Sequence record: PQ741806.1 | Reading direction: 5' to 3' (one strand) | DNA: 64,000 bases | Shown: one piece after another, positions 19,170 to 27,968 of the stretch | Position numbering within the stretch: the first letter of the stretch is position 1 | Layout of the letters: every line of letters begins with the position of its first letter | The notes under the pieces: generated by a model | Databases searched by the model: none | Told to the model about the DNA's origin: nothing | What the model saw: only the letters and a program-made list of their open reading frames with translations | Program-made: the position numbers and the translations under genes

Positions 19170-19237
19170 TATTCCCAATTTATACTAACCTCTATTATTT
19201 ATTGTAAGAAATATTTTTAAATTGTAAAGGAACTGAC

Positions 19238-20401
19238 ATGTCTACTAAATCACAACTACCAAAGAAAATCTTCAATGCGGCTAAGAGTGATTATCATCTA
19301 CCAGAAATTATTCTTGGAGATGACCCAGGTCTACTAGATTCAATCCACACTCATTATCCTAAAATGTGGGACCTATATAAGCGTCTAAAAATGCTTGATT
19401 GGGATGAGTTAGAATTTGACTTTTCTACTTGTCTAGTAGAATTTGAAACATGTGATAAATCAACTTATGACATGATGATTAAGACACTGGCGTGGCAATG
19501 GGAAGCTGACTCTGTAGCCAGTCGTTCCATTGTTAATATTCTATCACCTGTCATGACTGATTCACGAGTATGGGCAGGATATGTACGTATTAATGATAAT
19601 GAAGACGTACATGCTTTAACTTATTCTGAGATTGTACGTAATAGCTTTAAAGATCCTAAAGTTATTCTAGATGAAATTCTTAGGGTAGAAGAAGCACAAG
19701 AACGAATGGTTGCAGTAGCCCGCACTATGGGTGAAGCACATGACGCAGTTCACGCGTATGCTCTTAATCAGGTACCCAATGATCAAGAACTTTACAATAA
19801 GGTATTCATGTTCTTCATCGCTCTATATTTCCTTGAGCGTATTCAGTTCATGGCATCCTTTGCTGTAACTTTCGCTATTGGCCGCACCGGTGCATTCCAG
19901 CAAATTGCAGCTGCTGTTAAGAAGATTGCCCAAGACGAATTCGAAATCCATGCGCAGTATGGTCAAGAAGTTATTCGTGCACTACTGGCAACTGAACGTG
20001 GTAAACTCGCTTACAGCCAATGTAAAGATAAAATCATTGAACTACTATGGGAAATTGTAAAGACTGAAGTTACCTGGGTTAATTATCTATTCTCTGAAGG
20101 TCGTGAACTGACTGGTGTTAATGCGACTAAACTTATTAACTGGGTACTTTTCAATGCTAATGCCGCAGCAACATTCCTAAGTATTGAAAATGATGTTGTA
20201 GAACAGTATCAAGTAGAGTTTAAAGAATCAGCTGGATTTGATTTTGTTTGGCCAGAGAAGAACCCACTTCTTTATATGGAAGACTACCTAGATATTTCAT
20301 CAACCCAAGCATCTCCTCAGGAAGAAGAGAAGCCTGATTACATGGTCAACGTTGTAAATGATGTTGGTGAAGAAGAAGAATTTGAGGTTGACTTCTTATG
20401 A
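19238..20401 (+). CDS. nrdB: Ribonucleotide reductase class Ia beta subunit
   Basis: WEADSV, EDVHALTY (ligands plus radical Tyr), LERIQF, DEFEIH. Confidence 0.95.
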   Translation: MSTKSQLPKKIFNAAKSDYHLPEIILGDDPGLLDSIHTHYPKMWDLYKRLKMLDWDELEFDFSTCLVEFETCDKSTYDMMIKTLAWQWEADSVASRSIVNILSPVMTDSRVWAGYVRINDNEDVHALTYSEIVRNSFKDPKVILDEILRVEEAQERMVAVARTMGEAHDAVHAYALNQVPNDQELYNKVFMFFIALYFLERIQFMASFAVTFAIGRTGAFQQIAAAVKKIAQDEFEIHAQYGQEVIRALLATERGKLAYSQCKDKIIELLWEIVKTEVTWVNYLFSEGRELTGVNATKLINWVLFNANAAATFLSIENDVVEQYQVEFKESAGFDFVWPEKNPLLYMEDYLDISSTQASPQEEEKPDYMVNVVNDVGEEEEFEVDFL

Positions 20402-20811
20402 TTAAGATTATCGCATTCGTAGTTTTAATATGGTCTACTGTTCTATTTGCAGCAACTGAAGTAAAATCAACTACAGATGGTATTATTGCACATTCAGAAT
20501 GTCAGCTAGTTGCTAAAGATAGTAGTGTTGTCGGTACTACTGTTGGAGGTGCAGTTGGAGCCACCGCAGGCGCTGTATTAGGTCGAGCAATCTTTGGTAA
20601 ATCTGGAGGTTGGGTAGGTGGTTTAATCGGTGGTGCCGCTGGCGGTGCAGTCGGTAATAATGTTAGTGCTACTGAAACATTCCAATGTAAACTGATTGTT
20701 AATACAGATGGCAAGCAGTACATGGTTCAAACAGTTACCAATGAAAAACCAAAGGTTGGTGATAAAGTCACTGTTGTTGAAATGAATGATGGTACACGGG
20801 ATATAATGTAG
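20398..20811 (+). CDS. Secreted glycine-zipper 2TM protein (YcfJ/SlyB-like)
   Basis: Signal peptide then GGAVGATAGAVLG...GGLIGGAAGGAVG; C-terminal VGDKV strand. Confidence 0.85.
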   Translation: MIKIIAFVVLIWSTVLFAATEVKSTTDGIIAHSECQLVAKDSSVVGTTVGGAVGATAGAVLGRAIFGKSGGWVGGLIGGAAGGAVGNNVSATETFQCKLIVNTDGKQYMVQTVTNEKPKVGDKVTVVEMNDGTRDIM

Positions 20812-20819
20812 ACATAATG

Positions 20820-20841
20820 ACCCTCCCTTAATTGGGAGGGT
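20820..20841 (+). terminator. Intrinsic terminator
   Basis: ACCCTCCC-ttaatt-GGGAGGGT followed by T-tract. Confidence 0.85.
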
Positions 20842-20896
20842 TTATGCTAACAATTCTATAGCACTCTTATTAACAGTCATCAACGAGAGAGTAGAC

Positions 20897-22780
20897 ATGA
20901 ATAAAATGCTAAACTTCCTAAACCGTACGCTATATAGCGGTACTGAAAAAGTATCTTCAAAAGCTACACCAAGTCTAGAACACTTTAAAACAAATGTTGA
21001 ACAAGTAGATAAAAAGATTCTACAACCCTTTAGTACTAAATTTAAAACCATTCTAAAAGAATGTTACAGTAATGAGGAGTGGGTTGAAGAACAATCATTT
21101 ATTGAAGAACCTATTGATCTTGGTTCAGCTGCACGCGGTCTTACCGAGCGCGGTATTATGCGTGGTGATTGGGGACGCTTAGCGCATTCCACTATTAAAG
21201 AAGCAGAAGGTATGATGCGTACTTATAGTGGTCGTCTAAATGAAGATATGGAGGCATCTGAAATTAATGAAGTAATTCAAGATATGCCTTATAACTTCAC
21301 AGCTGGCTCAGCTAATACTAGCCGTTTAGAAGAAGATGATTCTATTTTTGTTGAAGCAGATACAACTGTAGTTGAACCTCTGTCTAAGCAGACTCTGCCA
21401 AAAGTAGCAGAACTTACTAACCAACTAGTAGAAGTTTATAACCGAATCACTGAAGAATTTACAGAAACTGGTATTGCTAAAGTTGAACAAGTTGAACAGC
21501 CAGCAGTTCTTGTAGCACTTGGTGAGATCATTAGTAGTTTTAATAAACTAATTGATGCTTCATGTGGTGCTCTACCAGTGGAAGAAACTGTTATTGTAGA
21601 GGAGGATCCGTTACCTGCCATTGTTACTGGTCCAACTACTGAACCCATTGATGGTGAAATTCCACCTGTTGATGCTATTAATAATTCTGCGGCATTAGAA
21701 GAGTTTATTGAAGAAGTACTAAGTACTAATCCAGAATTCATTAAATACCAAAGTATGAATGATAGTAATATTGATTCATATCTAACTGGAGATGACTGGA
21801 TTATACTAAAATTTAAAGATGGTTCTTATTATTTATACAATGCCCAGAGTGCTGGTGAAACAAATATAGAAATCATGAAAGATATGGCCGAAACTGGTAG
21901 TGGTCTTAATGGTTTTATAAATCGAGTTATTCGTGGCGGGTATGTAGAGAAGTCCATCATTAATACTCCCGGTTTTATACAAGTCTCAAATGAAGGTCTT
22001 ATCGACACCATTAAGAGTATCTTCGACTCTGGCCCTGAGATCAATCTTGATAAAAAGAAGAAAGCTATTGCTACACTGAAAAGTACCTATGGTGATGCCA
22101 AATGGGTGGCAGAAGCAAAGCTTAAAACCGGCGAAGTAAAAGTATCGAGTTACGAGACGTTCGCGTCTAATGATCCTAAGACCGCAAAAGCCAATATCAC
22201 TAATGCTGTAGCTAAAGCTGATCGTCACAACCAGAAAGTTCTGGATGAGAACAGTAAGATACTAGCCCCCGTGGTTAATCTGTTCAAAGGGAATGATTGG
22301 CAAGACCCTAAGAAAGTCGCTACTCTTCTGGCTGAATGGAAACCCAATGTAAAGACAAACTTCCAAGAACCCAAATGGCCAGATAATGCTGGTGCTAAGA
22401 TTAAGTTGCTTGATGCTACCGGTATTGTGGAAGCAGCTAACGTTATCATTGACGTTCTGTCTAACAACACTAAGACTATTGCGGACACTTGGGTAGCCCA
22501 GTATCCTGACCTATCTGTCAATGGGGATATCTACAAACATAAGCTATCCACTATTAAAGATAAAGATGCTCTTGAGGACGTATATCTGCTGGCTAAACGG
22601 GCCGATAATATCATTCTTAACATTCATGCAGCGTACGACGATGCTAAGGTCGAATCTACCTATCGAGTATTTGCTATCGATATGTTGAAACTAATGCAAG
22701 CGTCTATCAGTAGCTTCCCAAGTGGTTCATCCGTAGAGAACACTAATGAACGCAATACGCTCATTGGTATTGAAGAATAA
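20897..22780 (+). CDS. Putative protease-processed inner head/ejection protein
   Basis: Acidic propeptide with SLE/ALE/SNE sites matching the phiKZ gp175 S/A/G-X-E specificity; SNE-GLIDTIKSIF; embedded KTSC-like segment. Confidence 0.65.
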   Translation: MNKMLNFLNRTLYSGTEKVSSKATPSLEHFKTNVEQVDKKILQPFSTKFKTILKECYSNEEWVEEQSFIEEPIDLGSAARGLTERGIMRGDWGRLAHSTIKEAEGMMRTYSGRLNEDMEASEINEVIQDMPYNFTAGSANTSRLEEDDSIFVEADTTVVEPLSKQTLPKVAELTNQLVEVYNRITEEFTETGIAKVEQVEQPAVLVALGEIISSFNKLIDASCGALPVEETVIVEEDPLPAIVTGPTTEPIDGEIPPVDAINNSAALEEFIEEVLSTNPEFIKYQSMNDSNIDSYLTGDDWIILKFKDGSYYLYNAQSAGETNIEIMKDMAETGSGLNGFINRVIRGGYVEKSIINTPGFIQVSNEGLIDTIKSIFDSGPEINLDKKKKAIATLKSTYGDAKWVAEAKLKTGEVKVSSYETFASNDPKTAKANITNAVAKADRHNQKVLDENSKILAPVVNLFKGNDWQDPKKVATLLAEWKPNVKTNFQEPKWPDNAGAKIKLLDATGIVEAANVIIDVLSNNTKTIADTWVAQYPDLSVNGDIYKHKLSTIKDKDALEDVYLLAKRADNIILNIHAAYDDAKVESTYRVFAIDMLKLMQASISSFPSGSSVENTNERNTLIGIEE

Positions 22781-22789
22781 CTTACTGAG

Positions 22790-22809
22790 TATGTAATGAT
22801 ATGTAGAAA
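22790..22809 (+). promoter_or_regulatory. Late-type promoter, tandem TATG
   Basis: TTACTGAG-TATGTAATGA-TATGTAGAAA, near copy of the motif upstream of tRNA-Asp. Confidence 0.65.
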
Positions 22810-22945
22810 TGATCCCTCCCCCTCGTTTCTACATTAGTCATAATAAATCGGAGCCAGTCCCCCTTCCAACTGGCTCCCAGAGAGTAAAACTCTTTGCTGG
22901 GCATTAATGACGATATATCGCCTCCCTTCGGGGAGGCTTTATATT
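22801..22945 (+). ncRNA. Candidate structured sRNA with C-rich loops
   Basis: Three hairpins, a closing stem and a terminator; no ORF. Confidence 0.6.
22920..22937 (+). terminator. Intrinsic terminator
   Basis: GCCTCCC-ttcg-GGGAGGC plus T-tract. Confidence 0.9.
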
Positions 22946-23005
22946 TTTTTTGTTTTTTACTAGTGTACCTTAAAATATGTATAAATAAAATAGAGTAATT
23001 ATAAC

Positions 23006-23458
23006 ATGATCAAAAATGAACTTTTACCAGGGCTAATCTATGCCCAAAAAGAATTTGATAAAATTGCAGCTAATGTAAAAGACTATGATAAGTATAAAAG
23101 ACGCGAAGCTGGTAGGGCAAGTGCCGTTTTAAGAAGTCTAGTGAGCAATATTGTAAATCAGAATAAACCATCCTCACTTGAACATGAAGGCAAAGTTAGT
23201 ACTACTAATACTAATGAATATTTAGAAGAAGTTAATAATTACTTCTTTAACATTAATAATATTAAATTAATTTCTCCTAAACTCATAAAAGAGAAATTAA
23301 CAATTGATCTAATGAATATTTATGTTAAATGGAATATGATTGGAGTGGCTGGCCGAAATGATGTTCCAATTATTGAACACAGAATTAATGATTGGTGCGA
23401 AGTGACCGATGTCTACATTAATGGTAATAAGATAACTTCTTTACAATGGCCACGTTGA
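23006..23458 (+). CDS. Hypothetical protein
   Basis: 150-aa ORF behind TATGTA at 22976. Confidence 0.8.
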   Translation: MIKNELLPGLIYAQKEFDKIAANVKDYDKYKRREAGRASAVLRSLVSNIVNQNKPSSLEHEGKVSTTNTNEYLEEVNNYFFNINNIKLISPKLIKEKLTIDLMNIYVKWNMIGVAGRNDVPIIEHRINDWCEVTDVYINGNKITSLQWPR

Positions 23459-23516
23459 ATTTAAAATAAGTTGTAATAAAATACCTAGCATTACATGTTA
23501 TGTATTGAAGCACAAT

Positions 23517-23601
23517 GCCCGAATGGTGAAATTGGTAAACACAGAAGACTTAAAATCTTCCGGCTACGGTCTTGTCGGTTCGAATCCGACTTCGGGCACC
23601 A
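23517..23601 (+). tRNA. tRNA-Leu(UAA)
   Basis: 85-nt cloverleaf, long variable arm, GAAGA-CTTAAAA-TCTTC, encoded CCA. Confidence 0.95.
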
Positions 23602-23610
23602 ATTTAAATA

Positions 23611-23686
23611 CGGAGTGTAGCGCAGTTGGTAGCGCGCCTGCTTTGGGAGCAGGATGTCGGGAGTTCGAGTCTCCCCACTCCGACCA
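23611..23686 (+). tRNA. tRNA-Pro(UGG)
   Basis: C1-G72, CCTGC-TTTGGGA-GCAGG, encoded CCA. Confidence 0.95.
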
Positions 23687-23707
23687 TTTTAATAATAGGT
23701 AAATAGG

Positions 23708-24001
23708 ATGGATAATAAATGGATATCATGGGAACATCAAATTATAGGAACAGCTCTTTACGCTATTCTTAGTGACCCTGAATTAACTAATATTCAATTA
23801 GCTCAAGGCTTACACTATCTAACAGAAGCAAAGTCTTCTGTATTACATGTTTGTAATAACCATATTACATTCACTGTAACCTATCCACATGGCACATTTA
23901 GAACCAATGTAATTAGAGAGTGCCCTGCTAGTGATACAAATACATTCAAATGGTCAGGTGTATTAGTCCGTCAAAAAGATGGAACATTCTTACCAGAATA
24001 A
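23708..24001 (+). CDS. Hypothetical protein between tRNAs
   Basis: 97-aa ORF. Confidence 0.75.
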   Translation: MDNKWISWEHQIIGTALYAILSDPELTNIQLAQGLHYLTEAKSSVLHVCNNHITFTVTYPHGTFRTNVIRECPASDTNTFKWSGVLVRQKDGTFLPE

Positions 24002-24008
24002 ATAAAAA

Positions 24009-24085
24009 GGGCCTATAGCTCAGTTGGTTAGAGCAGGCGACTCATAATCGCTTGGTCGCAGGTTCAAGTCCTGCTGGGCCCACCA
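24009..24085 (+). tRNA. tRNA-Ile2(CAU, lysidine type)
   Basis: CAT anticodon; body GAGCAGGCGACTCATAATCGCTTGGTC matches enterobacterial ileX-type tRNA as I recall it. Confidence 0.85.
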
Positions 24086-24137
24086 TATACTAGCCTCCCA
24101 CTTGGGGGAGGTTTTATACTGTCTCATTGAGGAAAAC

Positions 24138-24359
24138 ATGAATACAGTAATAATGTTGGTATTATCTATCAAAGTTGGATTATTTGGTTTCATTTCGACT
24201 AATGAAAGTAATATCCTATTTGAAAATAGGGAACAGTGTATTTCTCATCTGGATATTCTGGAACATAAATACAAGTCTCTTGAAGTTATTCGAAATGAGA
24301 ATACTCTAAAGATAACCGAAAGAGATAACCATTCTATTTATATTTTTAAATGTCTCTAG
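24138..24359 (+). CDS. Hypothetical protein with hydrophobic N-terminus
   Basis: Start re-set to ATG 24138 after GAGGA. Confidence 0.7.
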   Translation: MNTVIMLVLSIKVGLFGFISTNESNILFENREQCISHLDILEHKYKSLEVIRNENTLKITERDNHSIYIFKCL

Positions 24360-24367
24360 GAAAATAC

Positions 24368-24655
24368 ATGGAACATCAAGAACAAAAAGAACTATTGAGA
24401 CAACCATTACAAACACTTTATAATCTTACTTTTAGTCCCCGTTTACGTAATGGAGCGAAGGCTCCCGATTGGATTCACCTGACCGATGAAGTAACCCTAT
24501 TCCCAAACGGATTAGATATTACAATCAACGCTGTTACACGTTGCATCAAATGGGAACTTATCGGCGAGGATGTAAGTAACATTACTTATGTTGAAGCTAT
24601 GTTCTTTAATAAAGGTCTTAAAGCAGTTAAAGCCTATCTCAAACATACGGAGTAA
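24368..24655 (+). CDS. Hypothetical protein
   Basis: ATG 24368 after AGGA. Confidence 0.75.
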   Translation: MEHQEQKELLRQPLQTLYNLTFSPRLRNGAKAPDWIHLTDEVTLFPNGLDITINAVTRCIKWELIGEDVSNITYVEAMFFNKGLKAVKAYLKHTE

Positions 24656-24657
24656 AT

Positions 24658-25005
24658 ATGGATCATCTAACCCCAACGCAGAGCGCTGTATATTTCACAT
24701 TTATTAGCCCTGAGTTTATAAAGCTAACTCTTGTTGAATCTTTTGTAACGATCCACAAGAAACATCCAGAAGTAAAGCATTGCGTTAAGAAAAAGATTAG
24801 TGCTAATGAAACGCAGTTTATCTTTATCTTCAAAGATGGGACTGATAATTTAATCATTACACGTAAAACTGAACCTTGCCCTGAACTGGATAGCCCAGTA
24901 GGCGATAGTATTAAGTTGTCCGGCGAAGAACTTAAAAATATTCTTGCTAAGTACGATCGTCCCAAGGATGGTAACTATTTCAAGCACTGGACTGATCGCC
25001 CGTAA
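24658..25005 (+). CDS. Hypothetical protein
   Basis: 115-aa ORF after GGAG. Confidence 0.8.
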   Translation: MDHLTPTQSAVYFTFISPEFIKLTLVESFVTIHKKHPEVKHCVKKKISANETQFIFIFKDGTDNLIITRKTEPCPELDSPVGDSIKLSGEELKNILAKYDRPKDGNYFKHWTDRP

Positions 25006-25020
25006 TAAAATATTACTGGT

Positions 25021-25040
25021 TATGTAATACTATGTAGGAA
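25021..25040 (+). promoter_or_regulatory. Late-type promoter upstream of tRNA-Asp/Asn
   Basis: TATGTAATAC-TATGTAGGAA. Confidence 0.65.
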
Positions 25041-25057
25041 GTCATGTCCATACGTTT

Positions 25058-25134
25058 GCGCTCATAGTTCAGTTGGTTAGAATACCCGCCTGTCACGCGG
25101 GTGGTCAGGGGTTCGAGTCCCCTTGGGCGCGCCA
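25058..25134 (+). tRNA. tRNA-Asp(GUC)
   Basis: CCCGC-CTGTCAC-GCGGG, G73, encoded CCA. Confidence 0.95.
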
Positions 25135-25140
25135 TTTAAT

Positions 25141-25216
<76 letters not shown>

Positions 25217-25222
25217 TATTCT

Positions 25223-25246
25223 AAAGAGTAGCTTCGGCTACTCTTT
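25223..25246 (+). terminator. Intrinsic terminator of tRNA-Asp/Asn unit
   Basis: AAAGAGTAGC-ttcg-GCTACTCTTT. Confidence 0.9.
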
Positions 25247-25300
25247 TATGTTGCCATGGGTTATCTTATGAATTAAAATGATTTACTTGAGAGCACACTC

Positions 25301-26308
25301 ATGTTTGAATTACTATTATCGCCAGATATAGGCGAAGAGTTACCCTTGGTTGGATTTAATGAAATTATTAAATTAGGTGATCTACCTGTAGCGTTAGCTG
25401 GTACAATGTCATATGTGGATGGAAATACACTGTATGTTGGATCTGGTCATCATACTGAAGGACAAACAGCTGCAACTGTGTTCAGACGTTTTACCATATC
25501 GCCATTTGCCGATATAGGTGCAACTGCTTCTGGAACATTCTTACCAGGGGTATCTTTAGGATTTGGGACATTACATAAGAATAACTTTATTGTTTATGGC
25601 GGTATTACTGGATGGAACTCGGCTGGTAATGGTGGTACGGGAACATCTAACTTTATACAACATTTTGATATAGCTACAGGCAATAGGGTTGAGCGATATA
25701 GTGGTCCCGTACCACTTTGGGGCACAGCCTCCGCATCAGATGGTAATGATCTTATTCTATGCGTTAACCCAATTGGCGTAAACGCAATGCGATTAAAACC
25801 ATCAAGTAAGTCTTGGCTTAGCGGGCAAGACTATTCAGGTGGTGCTCGTTCAGGTCAACAGTTATTCTTTTATAATGGTTACTTTTACCATTTTGGTGGT
25901 TGGGATAATACAAAGAACATACCTAATCTTGAAGTTTATCGATATAATGCAACTACCTTAATATGGGAGCAAACACCTTGGATGATTATACCTGCTGATA
26001 AAGGAACAATCTGGCAAGGTAATGGTTATGTAGATGGGGACTATTTTAATTACCTTAACGCTGTTGATGTCGGCGGTGTAACTAAAATGTTTGCACAACG
26101 TTTTAATATTAGGCGCCGGAAATGGGCTGAACCATTTGAACTAGGTATCGGATTCCTTAATATTTCATCTATAGCTAAAGGTCCGGATAATAGCATGATC
26201 ATTGTAGGTGGATCTAAAATGGCGGTTGGTGGTGGAGCATATATGTTGAAAAGCCAATTATTAACTGGTATATATCAAGTTAAAGTAGCCCCATTAGTTC
26301 TCGATTAA
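25301..26308 (+). CDS. Kelch-repeat beta-propeller protein (probably virion-associated)
   Basis: Repeated LYVGSG / FIVYGG / FYHFGGW / IIVGG blades with YxYNxxxxxW ends. Confidence 0.8.
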   Translation: MFELLLSPDIGEELPLVGFNEIIKLGDLPVALAGTMSYVDGNTLYVGSGHHTEGQTAATVFRRFTISPFADIGATASGTFLPGVSLGFGTLHKNNFIVYGGITGWNSAGNGGTGTSNFIQHFDIATGNRVERYSGPVPLWGTASASDGNDLILCVNPIGVNAMRLKPSSKSWLSGQDYSGGARSGQQLFFYNGYFYHFGGWDNTKNIPNLEVYRYNATTLIWEQTPWMIIPADKGTIWQGNGYVDGDYFNYLNAVDVGGVTKMFAQRFNIRRRKWAEPFELGIGFLNISSIAKGPDNSMIIVGGSKMAVGGGAYMLKSQLLTGIYQVKVAPLVLD

Positions 26309-26339
26309 ACTAAAGATAAAAATACTAGTGCGATGATAT

Positions 26340-26575
26340 TATGTAGGATTACTTTATCTAGATAATCCTAAAGCTATCCACTAAATACACTCGGTGGTAG
26401 ATTTAATTATAGAGTGTGTCTGAATGCCAGGGGTTTGCCACCCCTGGCTATATTATGTCAATGAGTGTATCTCGTTCTTTATAACCACTATTGATATTTA
26501 ATATAGGTGAAGGGAAGGTGACGAGGCCTTTTCCATAGCCGGTATATAACCTAATTTAATAAAGGTTATATACTA
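26340..26575 (+). ncRNA. Candidate structured RNA with possible pseudoknot
   Basis: TATGTAG start, several hairpins, loop-to-distal 8-bp pairing; no credible ORF. Confidence 0.5.
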
Positions 26576-26599
26576 CATTGTAATAAAGGAACTTCTATA

Positions 26600-27124
26600 A
26601 TGAATAACACAAATCAGTTTGTAAAAACTATTGTTGATTACCAGGCTATCCTGGATGCATTGATATATAAAACTAATGAGAATTGGAATAAGTATGGGAT
26701 GCATTATCATCTTAATGATGTCAGTCATATCACTATACGTGAACATAGAACAGTAGGGTTTTTTATTGGTCGTCAATCTGGTAGTACTACAGCATTAATG
26801 GAATTTTCAAAACGCTACCCTGGTGAATGTTTGGCAGTATTCACCGACGAAAGAATTCGACGTGGTGCTCAAGATAAACTATCCAAAACACCAGATAACA
26901 TTATTCCATATTTAACTACATTTAAACTACGTAGCTATATCCATAAATCTGGACTATCAACGATCCAGAAAGACTTTAATGAAAATTTACTTTCAGATAT
27001 CCGCTATATACTTGTAGATAACGCATCTTATAATCTGAATTTACGAGGTATTACTGATAAAGAATTTAATCAGTGGGTAGCTGATACTTTTGGTACTAGT
27101 GTAATTGTAGTTCGTTTTAGTTAA
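26600..27124 (+). CDS. P-loop-like protein with degenerate Walker A
   Basis: FFIGRQSGSTT and YILVD; lacks the Walker A Lys. Confidence 0.6.
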   Translation: MNNTNQFVKTIVDYQAILDALIYKTNENWNKYGMHYHLNDVSHITIREHRTVGFFIGRQSGSTTALMEFSKRYPGECLAVFTDERIRRGAQDKLSKTPDNIIPYLTTFKLRSYIHKSGLSTIQKDFNENLLSDIRYILVDNASYNLNLRGITDKEFNQWVADTFGTSVIVVRFS

Positions 27125-27141
27125 AGTATAAAAATAAAATA

Positions 27142-27166
27142 AAAGCCCTCCATCACGGAGGGCTTT
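27142..27166 (+). terminator. Intrinsic terminator
   Basis: AAAGCCCTCC-atcac-GGAGGGCTTT. Confidence 0.85.
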
Positions 27167-27245
27167 ATGTTGTTATGATATGAAGTTGTATCATCTTAAT
27201 AGATACGTGCCACGCATACGCGAAGTCATAAAAATGGCTTTGTGT

Positions 27246-27804
27246 ATGTCATTTAACTAAAACATATGTTCCAGAAAATAAACCAACCCATTCATTAATT
27301 GCGGCTACTCCTGGTAAACCTATTAAGTTTGCCGATTTAGATGCGGTGCCAGTAACATATGGGATTGGCGATAAATACATAGCTCTTTTCGATACAGCGT
27401 CAATATATTTAGTTAGTGCTGTAACTATATATCAAGCTGGTTTAATGGCGTCTTCCGGTGACATGACTGATAAGTTACCAAGTGCAATGATAACTGCTTT
27501 AGGAGGCCCTGTTCAACAAGGTCGTAATATCGAAATGCAGGATGTTACTTGGGAGGTTAGTATACCTACTATAGAAGAGTGTACTGAATACCTTTTAACA
27601 TTCTTCTGTAGTCGAGTTAAACGTACTCAACGCCCTTTAATTAGTATCCGATTAGCAGATTCGTATAAAATACTATCATCAACTGTATCCACTAATAATC
27701 CATCTAATCTTTTAGCAATCGATAGTGATGGTAAAGTAGTTGAAACCACAGTTACTGCTAACTGCTATATTTATCTAATATTAAAACCTGTTCTTAAAAG
27801 CTAA
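27246..27804 (+). pseudogene. Frameshifted gene, possibly of a phiKZ-like virion paralogue family
   Basis: ATG TCA then one extra T before the open frame LTKTYVPENK...IYQAGL...; the frame is open 27232-27804 with no ATG before codon 38. Confidence 0.5.
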
Positions 27805-27968
27805 TTATAACCCTCCCATTATGGGAGGGTTTTTATCAGGTTATATTAGTTTTTTTAATTTAATACTCTTGCGTATTTTATTATGTATGGATTAACCATA
27901 CTTTATCCTAACCAGAAACCGGGTGTGTGTTTATTCACTTCACTACGGAAAACATAAAGGTGATTAAA

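Noticed and set aside
23505-23702. 65-aa ORF in the track
   Set aside because: Entirely overlaps tRNA-Leu and tRNA-Pro; shadow ORF
24009-24085. tRNA-Met assignment from the CAT anticodon
   Set aside because: Body resembles ileX-type tRNA-Ile2 and lacks initiator features (C1-A72 mismatch, GGG/CCC anticodon stem)
26573-26776. 67-aa minus-strand ORF
   Set aside because: Antisense to 26600..27124, with no RBS or promoter
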